Below, in pieces: positions 30,001 through 41,200 of a DNA stretch of 64,000 bases. A model generated the notes under the pieces. That model ran no database searches and was not told the DNA's origin. It worked only from the letters and a program-made list of their open reading frames with translations. Position numbers and translations under genes: made by a program. Within the stretch, counting starts at the first letter, position 1; every line of letters begins with the position of its first letter. This stretch comes from Auanema rhodensis (lineage: Eukaryota; Animalia; Nematoda): assembly GCA_964057225.1 (NCBI GenBank), contig OZ059896.1, positions 11,594,001 to 11,658,000 on the forward strand, written 5' to 3'.

Positions 30001-33000
30001 ATTTAAATTTCAATATTGTGATGCTCAAAAACTGAAACATTTAAATATTTTGTATTTTCTAAACCATTTCACTAAATCTATTTTATTTAATCCCATATTT
30101 TAAACTATTTTATAATTCTACCACTATTTCATAATTTCATTCTTTAAATTTTTAATCATTAAAAAACATATAAATTTCAATATTGTGATGATCAAAAACT
30201 GAAACATTTAAATATTTTGTATTTTCTAAACCATTTCACTAAATCTATTTTATTTAATCCCATATTTTAAACTATTTTATAATTCTACCACTATTTCATA
30301 ATTTCATTCTTTAAATTTTTAATCATTAAAAAACATATAAATTTCAATATTGTGATGATCAAAAACTGAAACATTTAAATATTTTGTATTTTCTAAACCA
30401 TTTCACTAAATCTATTTTATTTAATTCCATTTTTTAAACAATTTTATAATTCTACCACTATTTGATAATTTCATTTTTTAAATTTTCAATCATTAAAAAA
30501 CATTTAAATTTCAATATTGTGATGCTCAAAAACTGAAACATTTAAATATTTTGTATTTTCTAAACCATTTCACTAAATCTATATTATTTAATCCCATATT
30601 TTAAACAATTTTATAATTCTACCACTATTTGATAATTTCATTTTTTAAATTTTCAATCATTAAAAAACATTTAAATTTCAATATTGTGATGCTCAAAAAC
30701 TGAAACATTTAAATATTTTGTATTTTCTAAACCATTTCACTAAATCTATTTTATTTAATCCCATATTTTAAACAATTTTATAATTCTACCACTATTTGAT
30801 AATTTCATTTTTTAAATTTTCAATCATTAAAAAACATTTAAATTTCAATATTGTGATGCTCAAAAACTGAAACATTTAAATATTTTGTATTTTCTAAACC
30901 ATTTCACTAAATCTATATTATTTAATCCCATATTTTGAACAATTTTATAATTCTACCACTATTTGATAATTTCATTTTTTAAATTTTCAATCATTAAAAA
31001 ACATTTAAATTTCAATATTGTGATGCTCAAAAACTGAAACATTTAAATATTTTGTATTTTCTAAACCATTTCACTAAATCTATATTATTTAATCCCATAT
31101 TTTGAACAATTTTATAATTCTACCACTATTTCATAATTTCATTCTTTAAATTTTTAATCATTAAAAAACATTTAAATTTCAATATTGTGATGCTCAAAAA
31201 CTGAAACATTTAAATATTTTGTATTTTCTAAACCATTTCACTAAATCTATTTTATTTAATTCCATATTTTAAACAATTTTATAATTCTACGACTATTTGA
31301 TAATTTCATTTTTTAAATTTTCAATCATTAAAAAACATTTAAATTTCAATATTGTGATGCTCAAAAACTGAAACATTTAAATATTTTGTATTTTCTAAAC
31401 CATTTCACTAAATCTATTTTATTTAATCCCATATTTTAAACTATTTTATAATTCTACCACTATTTCATAATTTCATTCTTTAAATTTTTAATCATTAAAA
31501 AACATATAAATTTCAATATTGTGATGATCAAAAACTGAAACATTTAAATATTTTGTATTTTCTAAACCATTTCACTAAATCTATTTTATTTAATTCCATT
31601 TTTTAAACAATTTTATAATTCTACGACTATTTCATAATTTCATTTTTTAAATTTTCAATCATTAAAAAACATTTAAATTTCAATATTGTGATGCTCAAAA
31701 ACTGAAACATTTAAATATTTTGTATTTTCTAAACCATTTCACTAAATCTATTTTATTTAATCCCATATTTTAAACTATTTTATAATTCTACCACTATTTC
31801 ATAATTTCATTCTTTAAATTTTTAATCATTAAAAAACATATAAATTTCAATATTGTGATGATCAAAAACTGAAAAATTTAAATATTTTGTATTTTCTAAA
31901 CCATTTCACTAAATCTATTTTATTTAATTCCATTTTTTAAACAATTTTATAATTCTACGACTATTTCATAATTTCATTTTTTAAATTTTTAATCATTAAA
32001 AAACATTTAAATTTCAATATTGTGATGCTCAAAAACTGAAACATTTAAATATTTTGTATTTTCTAAACCATTTCACTCCATCTCTTTTGATTAATTCCAT
32101 ATTTTTAACAATTTCATATTTCTACCACGAATTCATAACTTCATTTTTTAAATTTTTAATCATTAAAAAACATTTAAATTTCAATATTGTGATGCTCAAA
32201 AACTGAAACATTTAAATATTTTGTATTTTCTAAACCATTTCACTCCATCTCTTTTGATTAATTCCATATTTTTAACAATTTCATAATTCTACCACTATTT
32301 CATAATTTCATTCTTTAAAATTTTATTCATTAAAAAATATTTAAATTTCAATATTGTGATGCTCAAAAACTGAAACATTCAAATATTTTGTATTTTCTAA
32401 ACCATTTCACTAAATCTATATTATTTAATCCCGTATTTTAAACAATTTTATAATTCTACGACTATTTGATAATTTCATTTTTTAAATTTTCAATCATTAA
32501 AAAACATTTAAATTTCAATATTGTGATGCTCAAAAACTGAAACATTTAAATATTTTGTATTTTCTAAACCATTTCACTAAATCTATTCTATTTCATTCCA
32601 TATTTTAAACAATTTTATAATTCTACCACTATTTGATAATTTCATTTTTTAAATTTTCAATCATTAAAAAACATTTAAATTTCAATATTGTGATGCTCAA
32701 AAACTGAAACATTTAAATATTTTGTATTTTCTAAACCATTTCACTAAATCTATATTATTTAATCCCATATTTTGAACAATTTTATAATTCTACCACTATT
32801 TCATAATTTCATTCTTTAAATTTTTAATCATTAAAAAACATATAAATTTCAATATTGTGATGATCAAAAACTGAAACATTTAAATATTTTGTATTTTCTA
32901 AACCATTTCACTAAATCTATTTTATTTAATTCCATATTTTAAACAATTTTATAATTCTACGACTATTTGATAATTTCATTTTTTAAATTTTCAATCATTA

Positions 33001-33636
33001 AAAAACATTTAAATTTCAATATTGTGATGCTCAAAAACTGAAACATTTAAATATTTTGTATTTTCTAAACCATTTCACTAAATCTATTTTATTTAATCCC
33101 ATATTTTAAACTATTTTATAATTCTACCACTATTTCATAATTTCATTCTTTAAATTTTTAATCATTAAAAAACATATAAATTTCAATATTGTGATGATCA
33201 AAAACTGAAAAATTTAAATATTTTGTTTTTTCTAAACCATTTCACTAAATCTATTTTATTTAATTCCATTTTTTAAACAATTTTATACTTCTACGACTAT
33301 TTCATAATTTCATTTTTTAAATTTTTAATCATTAAAAAACATTTAAATTTCAATATTGTGATGCTCAAAAACTGAAACATTTAAATATTTTGTATTTTCT
33401 AAACCATTTCACTCCATCTCTTTTGATTAATTCCATATTTTTAACAATTTCATATTTCTACCACGAATTCATAACTTCATTTTTTAAATTTTTAATCATT
33501 AAAAAACATTTAAATTTCAATATTGTGATGCTCAAAAACTGAAACATTTAAATATTTTGTATTTTCTTAACCATTACACTCCATCTCTTTTATTTAATCC
33601 CATATTTTAAACTATTTTATAATTCTACGACTATTT
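1..33636 (+). repeat. 167-bp AT-rich tandem satellite array (~200 monomers), block 1
   Basis: The period reads directly: ac[c/g]actattt at 1, 168, 335 and gctcaaaaac at 71, 238. Consensus accactatttcataatttcattctttaaatttttaatcattaaaaaacatttaaatttcaatattgtgatgctcaaaaactgaaacatttaaatattttgtattttctaaaccatttcactaaatctattttatttaattccatattttaaacaattttataattct, about 28 G+C per 167 by hand count. The ORF track has no call here. Confidence 0.98.
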
Positions 33637-33903
33637 TTTTTTTCATTTTTGATCTTGTGTCTCGACGTTCTCCGGTGGCTCTCCTTGGATTTGTTGTTTT
33701 CTGTTGGTAGCTGTGGACTTATTCCTTGAGGTACGCTCTCTTATTTTATTATTTATTTATTTTTAATTTCTCTTTCCTTCTATATTCTTATTGCTTATTA
33801 TCTCTTTTTTTTTTTTCACCTTCTTTTCCTTTTCTTCTTGTTTTTTTCTTCTTTTCTTTTCTTTCCTCATCTGTTTCTTTTCTGTTCTTTTTTTCCAATT
33901 TTT

Positions 33904-34968
33904 ATGTCTCTTACTCCTGATTGCACCGTCAGTTACAAAGATTTTGAATCGCTTGCCACGTCCATAAAAACCTCTCTAGCTGATTGCACTTCTGAACTCA
34001 AAAGCCTTGTTTCTACTCTTCATGCTACTGTTTTGTCCAATTCGGCGCGCATTTCGGAACTGGAGGCTCAAATATCCAAACTTAGCAAGACGGCTTCCAG
34101 CCCACTTACTTCCCAACAAGTTATGGCTAGTATTGTAGACACTGATCATCAGAAAATTAAATTTTCTGATCGTGCCAACCGTCTTCTGTGGTTCAATGTC
34201 CCTATTAATTTGTCTGATTTCAATTCTGATCCTTTCACCTTAGTTAGAGACATAATTAATCTTTCTAGGGACCCTATTATTTGTCCCTCGTTTAGCTCTC
34301 CAGCTTTCACCGTCTCACGCTTCAGTTCCAAATCCGATCGCCCTGGTCCTATTGCAATAACATGTCCCAATCAGGAAACTCGTGATTTGTGTATTCACAT
34401 TCTTCGTAACTATAAAACTCAGCACAATGCTGCTCTCAAGAGTACTTTTGTGAGGCGTGACTATTTTCCGTTTGAGATCGATCTCGAGCGCAAATTGCGA
34501 GAGGAATGCAGAAGCCGTAATGTCTCTGATCCCGTTCATTTTTATATTGTTCGTGATTTACGTGTTGTTGCTGTTAAAAAACGAGTGCTTCCTAGTTCTA
34601 TCGTTTCTGTTTCTCCGGCATGCATTTCTTCATCCCCTGTTCCCATCAACCCTACTGGCACTACTTCTGCTGACTACACAGCTGTTACAACTGTTTCTGA
34701 ACTCTTACCTAGCATATCCAAAAACTCCAATGCTGCACCGGCTTCAAAATCTAGTCGCAAGTCTCTTAGAACAGTCAGATCCAGCAGCTCTATTCCATCT
34801 CCTTCGAGGAGAAAAGTTCGCCCTATTCGTTACTCACTTCGCCCTACACCTTCCTCTCGAGTAAAAAATGCTGTAATAATACAACCTGCACCTCCTAGCG
34901 TACAGGGCGATACTTCTTCTGGTTCTTCTGTCTCACCCAATTGTCTTTCTTCATTTCGCAAGTCATAG
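33904..34968 (+). CDS. LINE ORF1 protein (354 aa): coiled coil, RRM-like/CTD region, S/P/R-rich tail
   Basis: First ATG at 33904 (MSLTPDC...). The track start at 33838 is a non-ATG codon in the poly-pyrimidine UTR. Heptad-like LVSTLHATVLSNSARISELEAQISKL, then RANRLLWFNVP, RPGPIAITCP and FVRRDYFPFEIDLERKLREECRSRN...YIVRDLRVV, resembling CR1/L2-type ORF1 motifs. Confidence 0.85.
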   Translation: MSLTPDCTVSYKDFESLATSIKTSLADCTSELKSLVSTLHATVLSNSARISELEAQISKLSKTASSPLTSQQVMASIVDTDHQKIKFSDRANRLLWFNVPINLSDFNSDPFTLVRDIINLSRDPIICPSFSSPAFTVSRFSSKSDRPGPIAITCPNQETRDLCIHILRNYKTQHNAALKSTFVRRDYFPFEIDLERKLREECRSRNVSDPVHFYIVRDLRVVAVKKRVLPSSIVSVSPACISSSPVPINPTGTTSADYTAVTTVSELLPSISKNSNAAPASKSSRKSLRTVRSSSSIPSPSRRKVRPIRYSLRPTPSSRVKNAVIIQPAPPSVQGDTSSGSSVSPNCLSSFRKS

Positions 34969-37801
34969 TTCAATTACTAGCTCTTCTTCCATCACTATAT
35001 ATTTTTGTAATTCTCGCTCTATTCTCAACAAGTTTTCTCATTTTGATTTAATTTCACAAAAATATGACCCTGATGTTTTATGTTTCACTGAAAGTTGGCT
35101 TACTCCTGACGTTTGTAGTTCTAATTTACCTCTTTCTGCTTCGTATTGTTTGATGCGCTGTGATCGCAATAACAATAGGAGAGGTGGAGGTGTTCTAGTC
35201 ATGGTTAAAAAACATATCTCAGTCTGTAATTTTAGTTCAGTCTCTTTTGGTGACTTCCTCCAGTTGGTTACATTTTCTATCGTTTCCCATTCCATAAGTC
35301 TTTCTATATGTTATCGGGCTCCTCGTTGTTCTAATAGTTCTTTCAATTCCTTTCTTCATCATTATTCATCTATTCTTAACACCAGAGAAAAAAACGTGCT
35401 TGTTGGGGATTTTAATTTTCCCGGTATCAACTGGAAGAATTACTCTTTAACTAAATCGTCTCTTCAAGCCAAATGTTTCTTAGAGTTTATTACTTCTTTT
35501 TGTTTTACTCAACTAGTTACTTTTCCGACACGCGGTAAGTATACTTTAGATTGTGTGCTTGCGGATACCCCTAGTATGGCCTCAGTTATCGAATGCGTTC
35601 CTCCTTTTGGGACTTCTGACCACAAATCTTTACTTTTTTCTCTCTCTCGTGATATATTAGATTGCATGAACAGTCCCTCCCGCCCAAAACTTTCTTTGGC
35701 ATCTTCTTGTACTGTTTTTTCTGCTGATCATCCAAAGTCGCTTCTCCATAGAAACTTCCATAAAGCCAACTACAATAAAATTAATTCTTTTATTTCATCC
35801 ATTAATCTGGTTCAAAGCTTTTCTCACTTAGATCTTTGTGCCGCCTATGAATCATTTGTCTGTTCTCTTAGAGAAATCATTTATACTCATGTTCCCATCA
35901 TCAGACCTGGTGGAAAAAAAGTTCGCCTTGCTCGTTCAATATCTATTCTACATGATAATCTCACCAGGTTGTCTAAATGTTTCGGCCTTTCATCGTCGTC
36001 TAAATGTCGTACTCTTTCTCGTCGTTTGAATGCTTTACTCAGACGTCAGCGCGCACTGGATGAAAATAAAATATCTCTTTCCGGTAACCAAAACGAATTT
36101 TACAAATTTTGTCGTAAACGTTTAGGGGGTACTATTGAAGCATCTTTTTTAAAAAATGGTGACTCTCAAGCTTCGGACTCCTCCACCAAAGCAAAAATTT
36201 TTTCGGATCACTTTTCTCAGACCTCTTTTCTTTCTTCTTCTGGAATATGGCATCACAGTGAAACTCCTAAATTTTCTCCGCTCCAATTTCGCCCGCATTT
36301 CATTGATGAACTCTGCGTTTTCAAACTTTTAAGATCTTTACCTTCTCGAACTTGCTTATCTCCTGATGGCATACCTTATATTTTTCTTAATAAGTGTGCG
36401 ATTTCTATAGTACGTCCTTTGACATTCTTTTTTAATGGTTTTTTATCCTTTGGGGTCTGTCCTAAAAGCTGGAAGTCTGCATGGGTCAAACCTATTTATA
36501 AATCAGGATGTTCAAATGACCCTAAGAACTATAGACCCATTTCTCTCACATCTTGTCTCTCCAAAGTGTTTGAGCGCATTATCAGAAAAAACATTCTCAA
36601 GCATTTACTTGATAATAAGCTAATTTCACCATCTCAACATGGATTTTTACCTGGGCGTAGCACTAGCACTGCGCTTCTCAAAGCTCACTCGCAGTGGAGA
36701 ATCGCCAAAGAATATCGTAAGGATGTTTCTGTAGCTTTTATTGATTTTTCCAAAGCTTTTGATAAAATTAATCATCGAATTCTGATCAGCAAATTGAACA
36801 GTTTCGGAATATCAGGATCTCTTGCTCTTTTTCTTGAAGACTTTCTTTCCAACCGTTCTTTTGAAGTTGTTCTTGAAGATGCCTTGTCTGAACCCAAAGT
36901 TATTGAGTGTGGTGTCCCTCAAGGTACAGTTCTTGGACCACTACTTTTTTTGCTATATATCAACGATCTCATTTCCTCTTTTCATCGTGGCACTGAGGCT
37001 GTTGCCTATGCTGATGACATTAAACTTTTTGCCTCATCAAATCAAAGTTTACAATGCTCTCTCCACATTCTTTCTCTCTGGTGCAATTTCAATGACATGG
37101 TAGTTAATGTCAAGAAATCGAAGATTATGATTCTCGGTAATGATAACTCTCATTTCCAGTTTTTACTCAATGATGTTCCTCTTGAAATTGTTGATAATTT
37201 CAAAGACCTCGGTGTTATCATAGATAAAAACTTATCTTTCCGCCCCCATATTCACTCCATCACTTCCATGGCGTCAAAACGCTGTAAGCTTATTCTTAGA
37301 TGTTTTAATTCTTCCTGTCCCAAACTCTTATTCAGATTGTTCACCTGTTACGTTAGGCCTATTCTTGAATATGCTTCCGAAGTCTGGTCACCGTTTTTGC
37401 TAAAAGATATTCAACTTGTTGAAAATGTTCAGAAACGGTATGTTAATGCTATTTTTTTTCGATCATCCATGGATATCCACGGATATGATAATAAACTCAA
37501 ACACCTTCAAGGCAGGCGTTTAGAAACGAGACGCACTATAGCTGACTTATGTCAATATTTCAAAATCATAAAGAATGGCTCTATTCTTAATGAGTCCGTG
37601 CTTAGATCGAAAGAGCATAACTATATTCTTCGTCAACATGAGTTTATACTGATGCCGCCGGATTACAAAACTGTAGCTGCACTTTCAAGCTTTGAGAACC
37701 GGCAAATCAAAATCTGGAATTCACTCAATCCTATTCTAATTGGTATCAATGATTTGTCTGTTTTTCGGAAAGCCTTGAACACATTTATGTTCCCTGTTTA
37801 G
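34880..37801 (+). CDS. LINE ORF2: AP-like endonuclease + reverse transcriptase (open frame 34880-37801; true start unknown)
   Basis: Hand translation upstream of the track start (35150) stays open back to TAA 34877-34879 and gives APE N-terminal motifs ITIYFCNSRSILNK and DVLCFTESWL. These are followed by RRGGGV, CYRAP, GDFNFP, LDCVL, SDH and the RT motifs NYRPISLTS, QHGF, DFSKAFD, GVPQGTVLGPLLF, YADD, KDLGV. The C-terminus has the CR1-like YVRPILEYASEVWSP. Confidence 0.93.
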   Translation, partial: YNLHLLAYRAILLLVLLSHPIVFLHFASHSSITSSSSITIYFCNSRSILNKFSHFDLISQKYDPDVLCFTESWLTPDVCSSNLPLSASYCLMRCDRNNNRRGGGVLVMVKKHISVCNFSSVSFGDFLQLVTFSIVSHSISLSICYRAPRCSNSSFNSFLHHYSSILNTREKNVLVGDFNFPGINWKNYSLTKSSLQAKCFLEFITSFCFTQLVTFPTRGKYTLDCVLADTPSMASVIECVPPFGTSDHKSLLFSLSRDILDCMNSPSRPKLSLASSCTVFSADHPKSLLHRNFHKANYNKINSFISSINLVQSFSHLDLCAAYESFVCSLREIIYTHVPIIRPGGKKVRLARSISILHDNLTRLSKCFGLSSSSKCRTLSRRLNALLRRQRALDENKISLSGNQNEFYKFCRKRLGGTIEASFLKNGDSQASDSSTKAKIFSDHFSQTSFLSSSGIWHHSETPKFSPLQFRPHFIDELCVFKLLRSLPSRTCLSPDGIPYIFLNKCAISIVRPLTFFFNGFLSFGVCPKSWKSAWVKPIYKSGCSNDPKNYRPISLTSCLSKVFERIIRKNILKHLLDNKLISPSQHGFLPGRSTSTALLKAHSQWRIAKEYRKDVSVAFIDFSKAFDKINHRILISKLNSFGISGSLALFLEDFLSNRSFEVVLEDALSEPKVIECGVPQGTVLGPLLFLLYINDLISSFHRGTEAVAYADDIKLFASSNQSLQCSLHILSLWCNFNDMVVNVKKSKIMILGNDNSHFQFLLNDVPLEIVDNFKDLGVIIDKNLSFRPHIHSITSMASKRCKLILRCFNSSCPKLLFRLFTCYVRPILEYASEVWSPFLLKDIQLVENVQKRYVNAIFFRSSMDIHGYDNKLKHLQGRRLETRRTIADLCQYFKIIKNGSILNESVLRSKEHNYILRQHEFILMPPDYKTVAALSSFENRQIKIWNSLNPILIGINDLSVFRKALNTFMFPV

Positions 37802-38085
37802 TTTTTTTCTTATTTTGTCTTTGTAGAAAAATTAGCTTGTTTTTCTTTCTTTTTTTCCATAAGCTCATTGATTATTTATATAATTTGTTCATCATATTTT
37901 GTCAATTTCTTGTTAATGACCTATTGGTACACATACATTTTCCTGCATTTTTATTTTACAGACATTAGTCGTACGAATAAAATGCAGTTACTACACTGTG
38001 CTCAGAACGGGCTTGACTCTCTTTTGAGTTCCACCGCACCTGCCCACAATCAGAGTAGTTCGCTATGATAAGATCTAAGATAAGC

Positions 38086-38128
38086 GTATATAGATGAATA
38101 TATATATATACATATATGTGTGTGTATA
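38086..38128. repeat. (TA)n/(TG)n microsatellite-like tract in LINE 3' UTR
   Basis: gtatatagatgaatatatatatatacatatatgtgtgtgtatag. Confidence 0.7.
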
Positions 38129-38257
38129 GTTGGTATGGTCACTTCCACTGCTCTTTTCATTTCTCAGTCTTTTCTTTTTTTTAATTATCCACTGTAAGGT
38201 TACATTAAGCATTTCACATGTTGTTGATTCATTTATGTCATAACCTGTGGTGAGATC

Positions 38258-38280
38258 AATAAACAAACAAACAAACAAAC
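38258..38280 (+). repeat. LINE 3' tail: AATAAA merged with (AAAC)5
   Basis: aataaacaaacaaacaaacaaac directly abuts satellite. Short tandem-repeat tails are typical of CR1/L2-group LINEs. Confidence 0.9.
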
Positions 38281-41200
38281 TATTTGATAATTTCATTTTT
38301 TAAATTTTTAATCATTAAAAAACATTTAAATTTCAATATTGTGATGCTCAAAAACTGAAACATTCAAATATTTTGTATTTTCTAAACCATTTCACTAAAT
38401 CTATATTATTTAATCCCGTATTTTAAACAATTTTATAATTCTACGACTATTTGATAATTTCATTTTTTAAATTTTCAATCATTAAAAAACATTTAAATTT
38501 CAATATTGTGATGCTCAAAAACTGAAACATTTAAATATTTTGTATTTTCTTAACCATTTCACTAAATCTATTCTATTTAATTCCATATTTTAAACAATTT
38601 TATAATTCTACGACTATTTGATAATTTCATTCTTTAAAATTTTCAATCATTAAAAAACATTTAAATTTCAATATTGTGATGCTCAAAAACTGAAACATTC
38701 AAATATTTTGTATTTTCTAAACCATTTCACTCCATCTCTTTTGATTAATTCCATATTTTTAACAATTTCATATTTCTACCACGAATTCATAATTTCATTT
38801 TTTAAATTTTTAATCATTAAAAAACATTTAAATTTCAATATTGTGATGCTCAAAAACTGAAACATTTAAATATTTTGTATTTTCTTAACCATTACACTCC
38901 ATCTCTTTTATTTAATCCCATATTTTAAACAATTTCATAATTCTACCACTATTTCATAATTTCATTCTTTAAAATTTTATTCATTAAAAAATATTTAAAT
39001 TTCAATATTGTGATGCTCAAAAACTGAAACATTCAAATATTTTGTATTTTCTAAACCATTTCACTAAATCTATATTATTTAATCCCGTATTTTAAACAAT
39101 TTTATAATTCTACGACTATTTGATAATTTCATTTTTTAAATTTTCAATCATTAAAAAACATTTAAATTTCAATATTGTGATGCTCAAAAACTGAAACATT
39201 TAAATATTTTGTATTTTCTAAACCATTTCACTAAATCTATTCTATTTAATTCCATATTTTAAACAATTTTATAATTCTACGACTATTTGATAATTTCATT
39301 TTTTAAATTTTCAATCATTAAAAAACATTTAAATTTCAATATTGTGATGCTCAAAAACTGAAATATTTAAATATTTTGTATTTTCTAAACCATTTCACTA
39401 AATCTATTCTATTTAATTCCATATTTTAAACAATTTTATAATTCTACCACTATTTCATAATTTCATTCTTTAAATTTTTAATCATTAAAAAACATTTAAA
39501 TTTCAATATTGTGATGCTCAAAAACTGAAACATTTAAATATTTTGTATTTTCTAAACCATTTCACTAAATCTATTCTATTTAATTCCATATTTTAAACAA
39601 TTTTATAATTCTACCACTATTTCATAATTTCATTCTTTAAATTTTTAATCATTAAAAAACATTTAAATTTCAATATTGTGATGCTCAAAAACTGAAACAT
39701 TTAAATATTTTGTATTTTCTTAACCATTTCACTAAATCTATTTTATTTAATTCCATATTTTAAACAATTTTATAATTCTACCACTATTTCATAATTTCAT
39801 TTTTTAAATTTTCAATCATTAAAAAACATTTAAATTTCAATATTGTGATGCTCAAAAACTGAAACATTTAAATATTTTGTATTTTCTAAACCATTTCACT
39901 AAATCTATTTTATTTAATCCCATATTTTAAACTATTTTATAATTCTACCACTATTTCATAGATTCATTCTTTAAATTTTTAATCATTAAAAAACATATAA
40001 ATTTCAATATTGTGATGATCAAAAACTGAAAAATTTAAATATTTTGTATTTTCTAAACCATTTCACTAAATCTATTTCATTTAATTCCATTTTTTAAACA
40101 ATTTTATAATTCTACGACTATTTCATAATTTCATTTTTTAAATTTTTAATCATTAAAAAACATTTAAATTTCAATATTGTGATGCTCAAAAACTGAAACA
40201 TTTAAATATTTTGTATTTTCTAAACCATTTCACTCCATCTCTTTTGATTAATTCCATATTTTTAACAATTTCATATTTCTACCACGAATTCATAACTTCA
40301 TTTTTTAAATTTTTAATCATTAAAAAACATTTAAATTTCAATATTGTGATGCTCAAAAACTGAAACATTTAAATATTTTGTATTTTCTTAACCATTACAC
40401 TCCATCTCTTTTATTTAATCCCATATTTTAAACAATTTCATAATTCTACCACTATTTCATAATTTCATTCTTTAAAATTTTATTCATTAAAAAATATTTA
40501 AATTTCAATATTGTGATGCTCAAAAACTGAAACATTCAAATATTTTGTATTTTCTAAACCATTTCACTAAATCTATATTATTTAATCCCGTATTTTAAAA
40601 AATTTTATAATTCTACGACTATTTGATAATTTCATTTTTAAATTTTCAATCATCAAAAAACATTTAAATTTCAATATTGTGATGCTCAAAAACTGAAACA
40701 TTTAAATATTTTGTATTTTCTAAACCATTTCACTAAATCTATTCTATTTAATTCCATATTTTAAACAATTTTATAATTCTACGACTATTTGATAATTTCA
40801 TTTTTCAAATTTTCAATCATTAAAAAACATTTAAATTTCAATATTGTGATGCTCAAAAACTGAAACATTTAAATATTTTGTATTTTCTAAACCATTTCAC
40901 TAAATCTATTCTATTTAATTCCATATTTTAAACAATTTTATAATTCTACGACTATTTGATAATTTCATTTTTCAAATTTTCAATCATTAAAAAACATTTA
41001 AATTTCAATATTGTGATGCTCAAAAACTGAAACATTTAAATATTTTGTATTTTCTAAACCATTTCACTAAATCTATTCTATTTAATTCCATATTTTAAAC
41101 AATTTTATAATTCTACGACTATTTGATAATTTCATTTTTCAAATTTTTAATCATTAAAAAACATTTAAATTTCAATATTGTGATGCTCAAAAACTGAAAC

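Larger units (their letters stand above)
33637..38280 (+). mobile_element. Full-length non-LTR retrotransposon (LINE), CR1/L2 group, ~4.64 kb
   Basis: Pyrimidine-rich 5' UTR, ORF1, APE+RT ORF2 with no C-terminal zinc knuckle, ~480-bp 3' UTR ending AATAAA/(AAAC)n. Flanked by ACTATTT at 33630-33636 and 38279-38285, and the satellite register resumes exactly. The 5' boundary is blurred by a T run (33634-33643). Confidence 0.95.

Noticed and set aside
33726-38296. Small overlapping or antisense ORFs in the LINE (33726, 34149, 34315, 34457, 35038, 35838, 36435, 36822, 37868, 38075)
   Set aside because: These are shadow frames of ORF1/ORF2 or low-complexity UTR translations with no motifs.
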